From an uncultured Pseudomonadota bacterium (GTDB lineage: Bacteria > Pseudomonadota > Alphaproteobacteria > RF32 > CAG-239): DNA of 64,000 nucleotides. The notes under the pieces are model-generated. The model saw nothing but the letters and a program-made list of their open reading frames with translations. It was not told the origin of the DNA and searched no databases. Positions 20,031 to 30,172 of this stretch are shown here, one piece after another; position 1 is the first letter of the stretch; every line of letters starts with the position of its first letter. A program made the position numbers and the translations under genes. Location: contig CASDYX010000014.1 of the NCBI GenBank assembly GCA_949286215.1, positions 18,373 through 82,372 of the forward strand, written 5' to 3'.

Positions 20031-20888
20031 CTATAAACCTTTATGAGTCAAAGTTTTTCGGCGAATAAACAATCCCTTGCCAATTCCGAGAAGAACAGCT
20101 CTCGCCCAATCAAATTTGTTGAGCTTAATTTGCGAGGCTAAAACATCTCCTTTTAATATTTTATATATCATAATATTGGTTAAGGAAAAGATAACGCAGA
20201 GCACCAATCTTAATCTTAAGTTCTTGACAATGCAAGGCAAAATTTCAGCATCTTTAAGTAATCCTTTAACTCTTTTAAGCATTTCGTTAATGAGTTTTTG
20301 AAAAGCCTCGGGACTTTTGTTTTGTTCTAGAATGCTTTCAGATAAGTTAAATTGTTTCCAAAGTTCATCAGGAATATAAACTCTTTTAAGTACTTGAAAA
20401 TCATATTTTACATCTTGAATATGGTTAACAATTTGCAAAGCGGCGCAAAGCGCATCAGCCGGTAAGTAGGTTGAAGGGTTTTCATTATTAATGGCAAGCA
20501 TAAAACGTCCCACCGGAGCAGCAGAGTTTTTGCAGTAATCAATCAGCTGTCCCCAAGTCTGATACAAAAATCCCTCAGAATCTTGGCGAAAGGCTTTGAG
20601 TAAATCAGCCGCCAAAGAAAAGCTCAAATTTTCTTTTAAGAAAACTTTGCGCAAATGAGCAGCTTGTTTATTCTTTTTTGCCTCTTTTTCTTTAAAGAGA
20701 GCTTGTTCTGCAGCCTCCAAGCGTTCCAACTTTTGTTGAGACGTCAGGGCAGGGTTGTCAGCCACGTCATCACAATATCTGGCAAAATCATAATAAGCGG
20801 TTACGACTTTTTGCGTGTCTTTTGAAAATAAAAAAGAGGCAACCGGAAAATTTTCATCTTTTTGTTGTTTGTGGCGCATCGTAGGCAT
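20031..20888 (-). CDS. hpnC: Hydroxysqualene synthase
   Basis: ENFPVAS, YDFARYCDDVAD, YCKNSAAPVGR and LQIVNHIQD motifs. Confidence 0.88.
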   Translation of the reverse strand: MPTMRHKQQKDENFPVASFLFSKDTQKVVTAYYDFARYCDDVADNPALTSQQKLERLEAAEQALFKEKEAKKNKQAAHLRKVFLKENLSFSLAADLLKAFRQDSEGFLYQTWGQLIDYCKNSAAPVGRFMLAINNENPSTYLPADALCAALQIVNHIQDVKYDFQVLKRVYIPDELWKQFNLSESILEQNKSPEAFQKLINEMLKRVKGLLKDAEILPCIVKNLRLRLVLCVIFSLTNIMIYKILKGDVLASQIKLNKFDWARAVLLGIGKGLFIRRKTLTHKGL

Positions 20889-22232
20889 TTACTTTTTCTC
20901 CAGCCAAGTTTTAATGTCATCAAGTGCACGACGGCAATAAGCTTCTTTGCGCTCCATTCCTTTGAGCTTTTTGAATTTGCCATTAGCGGTGGTTTCACCT
21001 CTTATTGTCGGAAAAATTCCAAAATTAATATTCATTGGCTGAAAATTCTCAATATCCGTATCATCAATTAGGTGATTCAGCATAGCGCCCAAAGCGGTTG
21101 TTTGAGGTGGCAACAGAGCTTCTTTTCCCTGTGCACGGCAAACAGCAAAATATCCCGCCAACAGTCCGATGGCTGTACTTTCCACATAACCCTCGCAACC
21201 GGTAATCTGTCCGGCAAAGCTAATATAGGGTTTGGATTTGAGACGTAAGGTTGAATCAAGCAAAATCGGGCTCTTGATAAAAGTGTTTTTGTGGATGCCG
21301 CCAAAACGGGCAAATTCGGCATTTTCCAGCCCCGGAATCATCTGAAAAATTCTTTTTTGCTCGCCATATTTCATTTTGGTCTGAAAACCGACGATATTGC
21401 GTAAAGTGTCTTCTTTATTGTCTTGGCGGAGTTGTACGACGGCATAAGGTTTTTCCGAGCTATGCGGATTGGTCAAGCCAACCGGTTTCATTGGGCCGAA
21501 TACAAGAGTTTCGATTCCGCGCTCAGCCATCACTTCGATAGGCAAACAGCCATCAAAATAATTGACCTTTTCCCAATCGTGAAATTCGGCCTTTTCGGCT
21601 TTTAAGAGCTCCTCAACAAAATGGTAATATTCCTCTTTGGAGAGAGGGCAGTTGATGTAGTCAAATTTATCGCCTTTGTCATAGCGTGATTGATACCAAG
21701 CCTTATCAAAATTAATACTGTCTTTATAAACAACCGGCGCGATTGCATCGTAAAAAGAAAGGGATTGTTCATTGACCTCATCTAAAATAGCGTGAGCCAA
21801 AGATTCGCTGGTCAATGGACCTGTGGCAATAATCACATCACCCCAAGATTCATCGGGCAAAGTTGTAATTTCTTCATGGCTAAATTGAATAAACGGGTGA
21901 GATGAAAGCTTTTGTGTAACAAGGCGCGCAAAACCATCTCTGTCCACGGCCAAAGCTCCGCCGGCGGGAACTTTTGTTTCATCGGCACAAGCCATGATGA
22001 GGGAACCCGCACGGCGCAATTCTTCATGCAATAAACCGACGGCATTGTGTTCAAAATCATCAGAACGAAGAGAATTGGAGCAAACCAATTCGGCACAATC
22101 GGGATTTTTGTGAGCCGGAGAAAAGCGTTTAGGCTTCATCTCGTGAATAATAACGTTAATTCCGGCTTGAGCAATTTGCCAAGCGGCTTCAGAGCCTGCC
22201 AGACCGGCACCGATAATATGAACAGTTTTCAT
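20889..22232 (-). CDS. trmFO: Folate-dependent tRNA (uracil-54) methyltransferase
   Basis: [37 protein letters not shown] and FQPMNINFG motifs. Confidence 0.96.
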   Translation of the reverse strand: MKTVHIIGAGLAGSEAAWQIAQAGINVIIHEMKPKRFSPAHKNPDCAELVCSNSLRSDDFEHNAVGLLHEELRRAGSLIMACADETKVPAGGALAVDRDGFARLVTQKLSSHPFIQFSHEEITTLPDESWGDVIIATGPLTSESLAHAILDEVNEQSLSFYDAIAPVVYKDSINFDKAWYQSRYDKGDKFDYINCPLSKEEYYHFVEELLKAEKAEFHDWEKVNYFDGCLPIEVMAERGIETLVFGPMKPVGLTNPHSSEKPYAVVQLRQDNKEDTLRNIVGFQTKMKYGEQKRIFQMIPGLENAEFARFGGIHKNTFIKSPILLDSTLRLKSKPYISFAGQITGCEGYVESTAIGLLAGYFAVCRAQGKEALLPPQTTALGAMLNHLIDDTDIENFQPMNINFGIFPTIRGETTANGKFKKLKGMERKEAYCRRALDDIKTWLEKK

Positions 22233-22388
22233 TGTTTTTCCTAAAAGAATTTAATTGAGTTTCTTTATATCAATATTCACAAAAAAGTAAACCCCCGAAA
22301 ACAGGCGGATAACTTTGCTTAAAATTTGAAATATAAGAAAAACAGGTTATACTAAAAAAAATTTTTAAGAAAATATCAGTACTGAAAA

Positions 22389-23552
22389 ATGAAATTAAGG
22401 ATTTTACTTTGTGTTACCACGGCGATTCTCTTGCCGTCAGTTTGTTGGAGTAGTGAGGAATATGACCCGCTGCTCTATCCTGACATGGCGCAAGAAGAGG
22501 CTGTTCCGCTCTCCGAGCCCATACCTTATAATGAGAGCCAAACCTTAGCCTTGCCCAAAGTAATGTCTGATGAAGATTTAAATTTTGAGAATATGGACTT
22601 TGATTCTTTAGATGCTGAGACGCCTAGTGCCTCAGATGAAGAAGTTTCACAAACACCTCTTCCTCAAGCCGCCAAGGCAGAGGCTCAATCCACTCAATCC
22701 CAAGCAGCCACGCCGCCCAAGGTCGATAAAAATAAAACCCTAACCGATAATTTGGAAGCTAAACCCACCTCGGCAGAAGGAGAAGTTGTCTCTGTTCCCA
22801 AAGTAGATAGTACTTGGTTGTCCAAAATAAAAGAGCCCTTGTTGGGTGATACACCTCAGGCAAATGGGCAGGCGCCGTCATCAAATAACGAGCAAGGCAA
22901 AGTCAACTTAAGCAGCCTTATGGAAAAATCCAAAACAACGGTTAAGCGTTCGAATGCATCTGTGTTTGATATTTCTGGCGCAATGTTGCGTATGTCGTTT
23001 GCGCAAATAGATGAAGCCTTAAGCCGTCGAGGTTTTCGTCGCACCATGCAGAAAATGGATATTCCGAATTTTATTCGTTGGCGCAATGAAGACAAATGCC
23101 GCGCCTCAGGAGTCGTAGGCTATGAGCGATTAGAAAACTGCGTCATCCAAATGGCCAAGAAGGATGGCTACCAATTTATTGAGCGTGTAACTTATTCAAA
23201 ATTTAAGACCCGTGAGGAAATAGAGGTTCGCTTTACCAGTACTTTTACGAATAATAAGGCTTACCGCATATCCTATAAAAGTGAGGCTGCTACAAATATC
23301 AGCGGCAATAGTCAAAAACAAATTTATCTGAGAAACATAAAAGTTTACGATTTTTGGAAAAAAATTAACCAAAAGTATGGTACACCCGATAACAAAGACG
23401 ATGTGATTTGGGGACTAGGCGGTAATAAACCTTATCTCCAAGCCGGAACGGGACGTTTGGTGTTAGAAGATCCGATGCTTCGAGAGTTGGACTATACACG
23501 GATGTCGCGTGAAGATCAAAAGTTTATGAATACGGATTTATATAGTTTTTAA
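22389..23552 (+). CDS. Exported hypothetical protein
   Basis: Signal peptide, acidic/Pro-rich linker, globular C-terminal half; first gene of the run ending in cheR. Confidence 0.7.
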   Translation: MKLRILLCVTTAILLPSVCWSSEEYDPLLYPDMAQEEAVPLSEPIPYNESQTLALPKVMSDEDLNFENMDFDSLDAETPSASDEEVSQTPLPQAAKAEAQSTQSQAATPPKVDKNKTLTDNLEAKPTSAEGEVVSVPKVDSTWLSKIKEPLLGDTPQANGQAPSSNNEQGKVNLSSLMEKSKTTVKRSNASVFDISGAMLRMSFAQIDEALSRRGFRRTMQKMDIPNFIRWRNEDKCRASGVVGYERLENCVIQMAKKDGYQFIERVTYSKFKTREEIEVRFTSTFTNNKAYRISYKSEAATNISGNSQKQIYLRNIKVYDFWKKINQKYGTPDNKDDVIWGLGGNKPYLQAGTGRLVLEDPMLRELDYTRMSREDQKFMNTDLYSF

Positions 23553-23561
23553 GAGGGTGAA

Positions 23562-24179
23562 ATGAGCGAAATATTAACACAAACGGAGCTGACGGAATTA
23601 ATCTGTACCCGTATTAGTCATGATGTTATCGGTAATGTCGGAGCTGTTTCCAACGCGGTTGAGTTGTTGGAAGAAGGGGATATGGACTTTATTGATGATA
23701 TTCGCTCGATTCTCAAAGTAAGCTCAACGGTTTTATCGGCACGTCTAAAGTTTTTTCGCATGGCATTTGGTTTGAATAACTCCAATTTAGAAGACTTTGC
23801 AACGATTCAAACCACAACCGAAAACTATCTCAAAACGCTTGGTTCGCAAAATCATCCGATATCTCTGGCATTAGAACTGCACACCCCTCGTTTTTCGCGT
23901 CTTGCTATGCTGGCAATTATGATTTTGGCAGATACTTTGATAAAAGGCGGTCAAATAGAGGCCAGAGAAGTAGGGGATAAACTGGCTGTAATTATTAATA
24001 CATCTACCTCTCTGTCTGCCGAAAAAATCAAAAACATCAAATTGGTTCTTGCCAGCAATAAGCCTGAAAACAACATTGCGCAATATGCACCGGTCTTTTA
24101 TATGCAAACTTTGTTAGCCAATCAAAATCGCCATGTCACATTAATCGAAGACCCCACATTGGGTTTGATAATGGAGTAA
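23562..24179 (+). CDS. chpT: Histidine phosphotransferase ChpT
   Basis: LICTRISHDVIGNVGAVSNAVELLE phospho-His helix and ARLKFFRMAFG. Confidence 0.85.
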   Translation: MSEILTQTELTELICTRISHDVIGNVGAVSNAVELLEEGDMDFIDDIRSILKVSSTVLSARLKFFRMAFGLNNSNLEDFATIQTTTENYLKTLGSQNHPISLALELHTPRFSRLAMLAIMILADTLIKGGQIEAREVGDKLAVIINTSTSLSAEKIKNIKLVLASNKPENNIAQYAPVFYMQTLLANQNRHVTLIEDPTLGLIME

Positions 24180-24185
24180 ATTACA

Positions 24186-24551
24186 ATGTCAAAATGTTTA
24201 GTTGCTGACGATTCTAAAATAATTCGAATGTTGTTCGATAAAATTATGGGCAATTTAGGTTTTGACGTGGTTGAAGCTGAAGATGGCGAGGAAGTTGTTG
24301 AGCTCTGCCAATTAAATGAACCCGATGTTATCATAATGGATTATCGTTTGCCTGTTTTAGATGGTATAGATGCGATGTATAAAATTCGTAGCTCAAAAAT
24401 TTCCAAACAGCCAAAAATAATCTTTTGTTCATCATTAAATGATATAGATACAATAAAAGATGCTCTTGAGAGCGGAGCAGATGATTATGTATTAAAACCT
24501 TTTGATGAGGAAATCATCACCTCAAAGTTAGCAATTCTGGGATTGGTCTAG
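24186..24551 (+). CDS. Single-domain response regulator (CheY-like)
   Basis: LVADDS, DVIIMDYRLPVLDG and ADDYVLKPF receiver motifs. Confidence 0.9.
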   Translation: MSKCLVADDSKIIRMLFDKIMGNLGFDVVEAEDGEEVVELCQLNEPDVIIMDYRLPVLDGIDAMYKIRSSKISKQPKIIFCSSLNDIDTIKDALESGADDYVLKPFDEEIITSKLAILGLV

Positions 24552-24560
24552 GAAAAAGCA

Positions 24561-25526
24561 ATGAAGAAAAGTGATTTTGAATATGTATTAAGCCTTCTCA
24601 GACAATATGCCGGTTGGGATTTATCCAACGACAAATATTTCATTATAGATAAAAAGCTCTACAATTTTATTTGTGAAAAGGGATATCCGTCGGTAGAAGA
24701 ATTGATTGCCGAACTCAAACTTGGACAAAAAGCGCTAATCTGGCAAGTTGTAGAAGCACTTACGCTGTCGGATACTTACTTTTACCGTGATTATCCTGTT
24801 TTTAAGGGGTTTGAAACTTATATGTTGCCGCAGCTCCGCGAAATCAATCGCAGTTCGAAAAAACTACGTATATGGAGTTTAGGCTGTTCAACCGGACAAG
24901 AAACTTATTCCATAGCCATGGCTGTAAAGAATAATCTGAAGGGAATAAGTGATTGGAAAGTCGATATTATTGGTACTGATATATCAAACTATGCGATTTC
25001 TCGTGCCCAGAAAGGGGTATATAGCCAGTTTGATGTGCAACGCGGGCTTAATATGCGTCAAATATTGGATAATTTTCATCAAGAAAACGGCCAATGGGTT
25101 GTAAATGATGATATCGCTTCCATGGTCGAGTTTCGACGCTACAATTTATTGGATGAATTAACGCATAGCGATTTATATGATGTTATTTTCTGCCGCTATG
25201 TGTTGCAATATTTTGCACCGGATATTCAAGAAAAATTAATTGCTAAAATATACAGTCGCCAAGTTCCGGGAGGCTTCCTCTATTTAGGGGTAAATGCCAA
25301 AATAGAAGGACTAGAACATTTTTATGAACCTGTCGGAGGAATGGATTGTTTATTCCAAGCCAAACCTGATGTTGAAATTCCTAATTTGGAAATTGAAAAG
25401 GTAACGGCTCAGAAAGACACGTTAGAGCGAGATGAGGATGATATTCCAAGCTTCGTGCGTCCGAGTAACTTATCTTACCGCGCCCCAACAGCTGAAATCT
25501 TGAACGAGCTCAAAAAAAGAGATTAA
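24561..25526 (+). CDS. cheR: CheR-type protein-glutamate O-methyltransferase
   Basis: TYFYRD, IWSLGCSTGQETYSIAM, GTDIS, YDVIFCRYVLQYF. Confidence 0.88.
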   Translation: MKKSDFEYVLSLLRQYAGWDLSNDKYFIIDKKLYNFICEKGYPSVEELIAELKLGQKALIWQVVEALTLSDTYFYRDYPVFKGFETYMLPQLREINRSSKKLRIWSLGCSTGQETYSIAMAVKNNLKGISDWKVDIIGTDISNYAISRAQKGVYSQFDVQRGLNMRQILDNFHQENGQWVVNDDIASMVEFRRYNLLDELTHSDLYDVIFCRYVLQYFAPDIQEKLIAKIYSRQVPGGFLYLGVNAKIEGLEHFYEPVGGMDCLFQAKPDVEIPNLEIEKVTAQKDTLERDEDDIPSFVRPSNLSYRAPTAEILNELKKRD

Positions 25527-25531
25527 GATTT

Positions 25532-26932
25532 TTACTTGAATTTTTTCTCATCAATCTTAGGGTAAAGGTTTTTAATTCGTTGCTTTAGGTCTTCAAGTTT
25601 GAGAGTAAGACCGGTGTTAGTATTTTTGCGCTTTGCATTTTGAATCTGTCGCAAAGCCACTTCCGGCTCTCCCATACGCAAAGAATACTCAGCCGCAGCA
25701 TAATCGGCATAGGCAGGTTGTCCTGCTTGATAATAGGCTTGAGAGAGTAAGAGCCAACCTTGTGAATTGGAGCGACGAATAAGAGCTTGGTTAAGAACTT
25801 TAATAACTTCTGCAATTTCTTGTGAGTTAGGAGTTCCAGCCAAAACCACTTGAGCCCAATCAAGTTGAAACAAAGCCGTATTGGGGCGAAGCTTGAGAAT
25901 GAGAGCATACTCTTGCTTGGCTTGAGAAATCTTCCCTTGCTCCAAATAAATTTGTGCCTTCACTTCATGAAAATAAGGATTATTAGGCTCCGCTTTTATC
26001 AAAGCATCTATAATATTATGTGCATTCTTAAAATCTAACTTTTTCATAAAAGCAATTGCCTGAGCATAGCGTGCAGGGATAGAGCTGTTAGTTAAGGGAT
26101 AACGTAAAAAAGTCTGCTCCGGTTCATATAAAAAAGCACTGAGCTTGGCTTTAATTCGTAAGTAGGCTTCGTCCGAATTTGTTTCTGGGCTGTAAGGAGA
26201 TGCTTTAACTGCTTGTTGCAAAAAAGTGATTCTCTCTGAGGTCAGAGGGTGTGTCCTGAAATATAAACTTTCTTCTACGCCATTGAGGGTATTTTGCTTT
26301 TGTAATTTTTTCATAAAGTCTAAAAGCCCTTTAGGGGAGGTGTTATCTTTTTTTAAGAAGGTGATGGCTGCTTCATCGGCACTTCTTTCTTCCTCCACTC
26401 GATAAGCCAAATAGTTGGAAAGAAGAGAGCTTTGAGAGCCCATCATCACCGCGATTGCCACATCTCCGCGCCCACTGGCAGCACCCAATGCTCCGGCTAA
26501 TACCATAGAGGCCAGAGATGCTTCTTGAATATCTTGAATTTTAAGCTTTTGGCGTAAAATATGTCCGCCGGTTATATGCCCAACTTCGTGAGCTAACACT
26601 CCTTTGAGTTGTTCAGGGTTATTGGCTTTAATGAGTGTTCCCGTGTGTACAAACAGGTTATTCCCGTCAGCTACAAAAGCATTAAGACTATCATCATTTA
26701 CAATGTATATTTTGTTACGATTAAAGGGAATACCAGCAGACTTAAAAATCGGTTGAATAAGTTTACTCAAATAAAGCTCAGTTTCTTCATCTGAAATAAT
26801 ACTGATTTGAGCGCAAGCCGGAGTACTTAAAGCCAAAAAGGCTAATATCGGTAAAATACCGATAATTAGCCTTTTACAATTCTGCTCGAAACGAGTGAGC
26901 AAATCTAACTTTTGATGAGTTTTCTCCACCAA
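25532..26932 (-). CDS. M48 metalloprotease with TPR repeats (BepA/YfgC-like)
   Basis: DSLNAF, LAHEVGH, EERSAD and YFRTHP motifs; true start probably TTG at ~26902. Confidence 0.9.
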   Translation of the reverse strand: MVEKTHQKLDLLTRFEQNCKRLIIGILPILAFLALSTPACAQISIISDEETELYLSKLIQPIFKSAGIPFNRNKIYIVNDDSLNAFVADGNNLFVHTGTLIKANNPEQLKGVLAHEVGHITGGHILRQKLKIQDIQEASLASMVLAGALGAASGRGDVAIAVMMGSQSSLLSNYLAYRVEEERSADEAAITFLKKDNTSPKGLLDFMKKLQKQNTLNGVEESLYFRTHPLTSERITFLQQAVKASPYSPETNSDEAYLRIKAKLSAFLYEPEQTFLRYPLTNSSIPARYAQAIAFMKKLDFKNAHNIIDALIKAEPNNPYFHEVKAQIYLEQGKISQAKQEYALILKLRPNTALFQLDWAQVVLAGTPNSQEIAEVIKVLNQALIRRSNSQGWLLLSQAYYQAGQPAYADYAAAEYSLRMGEPEVALRQIQNAKRKNTNTGLTLKLEDLKQRIKNLYPKIDEKKFK

Positions 26933-29640
26933 GTTGCCTTTTCTTTTGGTTCGTTTCCTTCTTTTACCTCTGCTTGAGGTTGAGGGGCGATATCTTCGTG
27001 ACTGTTGTACAAGATAACGGCCTCACTTTTTTCTTTTTTATGTTCAGAGAAATTTGTTTGCTCGTTATCGTTATCACGATTTCTGCGTCCTCTGTTTCTG
27101 CCGCGTCTGTCAAAGCGATTTCTTCTGTCTCTGCGACGATTGTTGAAACGGCGTTCTCTTTCCGGAGCCTCATTTTCAGCCATTTCGTTGCTTTCGGTAA
27201 CTACGGTTTCTTCAGTAGGGACTTCTTCCTCTTTGGTTTCAGCCGTCGGTTCATTTTCTTCTGCCGGTACTGATTTTTCAGCCTCAATCGGAGCTTCATC
27301 TTTTCTGCGACGACCTCTTTTGCCTTTCTTTTCAGGCTTAGAATTTTGCTTGTCATCTGTAATTTCAGCAGTACTTGCGGTATCGGTTTCTTCCGATTTA
27401 ACCTCTTCTGCCTGAGGTTTAGCAACGACCTTTACGCGCTCAATGCGATAATCTGCAATGTTCTTAATTGAATCATCGGCACAAATAATAACTTCCATAT
27501 TATATTTATCTTCTAAGGCCGAAAGATTTTTGCGCTTTTGGTTTAAGAGGTAAACTGCAAATTCGCTTGGGAGGTACAGATTAATTCTGGAAGATTTATT
27601 TTTAATGCCTTCTTCTTCAATGCAGCGCAAAATATACATGGCACCGGACTCAATCGTTCTGACAATACCTTTACCATGGCAATGCGGACAAACTTGATAG
27701 TTGCTTTCAAAGAAAGAAGAATGCATTCTTTGTCTTGAAATCTCAAGTAAACCGAAACAACTCATTTTGGCGATTTGAATTCTGGCTCTATCTTTTTTCA
27801 TAGCCTCTTTCATACGTTTTTCAACGGCTTGATTGTTTTTTGGGTCTTCCATATCAATAAAGTCAACCACAACCAACCCAGCCAAATTACGCATTCTGAG
27901 TTGTTTTGCAATTTCATCAGCTGCTTCCAAATTGGTTTTAAGAGCGGTTTCTTCCAAATCTTTTTCTTTGGTAGCTCGACCGGAGTTTACGTCAATAGAA
28001 ACAAGAGCCTCGGTCGGGTTAATAACGAGATAGCCCCCGGATTCCAATTGAACATTGGTATCATGCAGTTTATCCAATTGAGATTCAACTTGAAATCTTT
28101 GGAAAAGAGGCAATTCATTCTTTTTGTTTTCTTTAATTTTCTTCAGATTATTCGGAGATAAAATTTTTACAAATTCTCTTGCAGATTTATAAGCTTGCTC
28201 ACCATCAACAATAATTTCCGAAATATCTTTAGTAAACATATCACGCAAAGCGCGTCTGATTAAGTTTCCTTCTTCATGAATGAGAGCAGGGGCTTTTACC
28301 TTTAATGCATCAAGTCGAATTTGATTCCAACTTCTGATGAGGTAATTATAGTCGCGCACGATGTCAGCTTTAGTCTTTTCCTCACCGGCGGTGCGTACAA
28401 TCATGGACATTTCGTCATTCAACGGCAGTTCTTTAACAATGCCTTTTAAGCGTTTTCTGTCTGCAACATTTGTAATTTTGCGAGAAACACCGCCGCTCTT
28501 AATGCGGTTAGGCATTAAAACGCAGTAACGTCCGGCCAAAGACAAATAGGTGGTAAGAGCGGCACCTTTGTTTCCTCTTTCTTCTTTAACGACTTGTACC
28601 AATAAAGTCTGACCTTCTTTAATGACGTCTTGAATTTTACTGCGGTGGAACATTTTACGGATTCTGAGCAGTTTGCGTTGAATTTCAAAATCAGTTTCAA
28701 CGTCGTCGTCTTCATCGTCATCATCACCTTCTTCGGCCACATCTTCTTCAGCCAAATGTTGAGACGTTGTTGATGGCTTGTGCTCATTTTCAACTTCAGC
28801 CGAAACGACTTCATCTGAATTTTCAATTTCGGCAGACATAACAACTAATTTTTCTTTATCTTCTTCAGTTTCTTCACTTTTGCTTTCTTTTGCCGCAGAA
28901 ACGTTTTCGGAATCTGATGATTTAACGTCTTCTTTATGAGCTGCTTCTAATGCTTTGCGAGCACGTTTTTTCAAAATTCTTTTTTTGCGAGGATGTTTGC
29001 GGTCATTGACAGGTTCTTCGGCAACTTCTGCTTCTGGAGCAGATTCTGCAGTCCCTTGAACCGCCTCAGCTTCTTTTGTCTCCTCTTGTGAGGTAGAAGA
29101 ATTTTCAGCTTCCAAACTTTTTGAGGCCTCTTCTTCCAAAGTTAATTGTTGAGGTTCACTCGTTTTAATCTCTGAATTTTCTTGAGCTTCTTGAGCTTGT
29201 GCATCTTGTTCAGCTTTTAGAGCTTCAGCTTCGAGTCTTGCTTTTTCTTCAGCTTCTCTTGCGCGACGCTCTTCTTCGCGAGCAGCTTTTTCTGCACGAT
29301 ATCTTTCTCTTTCTAATTCACGTTCTTTTAGGGCTTGTTTTTTTGCTTCAATAATTTCATCAACTTCATTATCAATTTCAGCTAATTCTTCTTTGCTGAG
29401 ATTATAATAATCGGGGTGAATTTCACCAAAAGCCAAAAAACCATGTTTATTTCCGCCGTAATCAACGAATGCGGCTTGCAAAGAAGGCTCAACCCTCATA
29501 ACTTTAGCAAGATAAATATTTCCTTTAATTTGTTTGCGAGTTGTCGATTCGAATTCAACATCTTCAACCTTATTGCCGTTAACAATGACGACACGAGTTT
29601 CTTCTGCACAAGTGTCATCAATCAGCATTCTTTTAGTCAT
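26905..29640 (-). CDS. rne: Ribonuclease E/G
   Basis: KGNIYLAKVMRVEPSLQAAFVDYG, KEERGNKGAALTT and IDVNSGR motifs; acidic insertion in S1; Arg-rich tail. Confidence 0.95.
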   Translation of the reverse strand: MTKRMLIDDTCAEETRVVIVNGNKVEDVEFESTTRKQIKGNIYLAKVMRVEPSLQAAFVDYGGNKHGFLAFGEIHPDYYNLSKEELAEIDNEVDEIIEAKKQALKERELERERYRAEKAAREEERRAREAEEKARLEAEALKAEQDAQAQEAQENSEIKTSEPQQLTLEEEASKSLEAENSSTSQEETKEAEAVQGTAESAPEAEVAEEPVNDRKHPRKKRILKKRARKALEAAHKEDVKSSDSENVSAAKESKSEETEEDKEKLVVMSAEIENSDEVVSAEVENEHKPSTTSQHLAEEDVAEEGDDDDEDDDVETDFEIQRKLLRIRKMFHRSKIQDVIKEGQTLLVQVVKEERGNKGAALTTYLSLAGRYCVLMPNRIKSGGVSRKITNVADRKRLKGIVKELPLNDEMSMIVRTAGEEKTKADIVRDYNYLIRSWNQIRLDALKVKAPALIHEEGNLIRRALRDMFTKDISEIIVDGEQAYKSAREFVKILSPNNLKKIKENKKNELPLFQRFQVESQLDKLHDTNVQLESGGYLVINPTEALVSIDVNSGRATKEKDLEETALKTNLEAADEIAKQLRMRNLAGLVVVDFIDMEDPKNNQAVEKRMKEAMKKDRARIQIAKMSCFGLLEISRQRMHSSFFESNYQVCPHCHGKGIVRTIESGAMYILRCIEEEGIKNKSSRINLYLPSEFAVYLLNQKRKNLSALEDKYNMEVIICADDSIKNIADYRIERVKVVAKPQAEEVKSEETDTASTAEITDDKQNSKPEKKGKRGRRRKDEAPIEAEKSVPAEENEPTAETKEEEVPTEETVVTESNEMAENEAPERERRFNNRRRDRRNRFDRRGRNRGRRNRDNDNEQTNFSEHKKEKSEAVILYNSHEDIAPQPQAEVKEGNEPKEKATWWRKLIKS

Positions 29641-30172
29641 AAATAATTCTCCCTTTATCACAAATTTTCATTTGTGAAATGATTGTCACAATCTGGAGAG
29701 GCTGAGCGAAAGTATATGTTTCTCGGCACGCAAACAAAAGTCCTAAAACGACCAAACGCACCCATCATAAATCTTATCTTGGGGCAAAATCCCCAAAGTA
29801 TATATCATCTTTCTTTTACTTCCGGCAAACCGCTTATTGTTTACTTTATTATTTATGGGCTTGCAGGCGAAAACCTTCCAGTATAAATCTTTCCCTTATA
29901 TGGCGTCAGCAAAACTGACCGCACCTGTCAACGTGGTTCAGAGAGAAAACGCTCTCAAATGAACAAAATTCCGATGCATAGCGCATATAATTAAAGTTAG
30001 CATATACATTTTTGCATAAAACACAATAAGTTTTTTCAAGCACATTGCAAAAATCTGCTTGCCAGTTTGGGGGAAGAAATGTAAATTGCAAAAGAATTAA
30101 AACTTTTAACCTCTTGGTAAGAAGTAATCTATTATACTATTCTCATAATAGACTAGTTGGATTTTATTTGAA

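Noticed and set aside
28680-29400. Long acidic, low-complexity stretch in rne as a possible intein or insertion element
   Set aside because: No intein motifs; acidic S1 insertions are normal in alphaproteobacterial RNase E.
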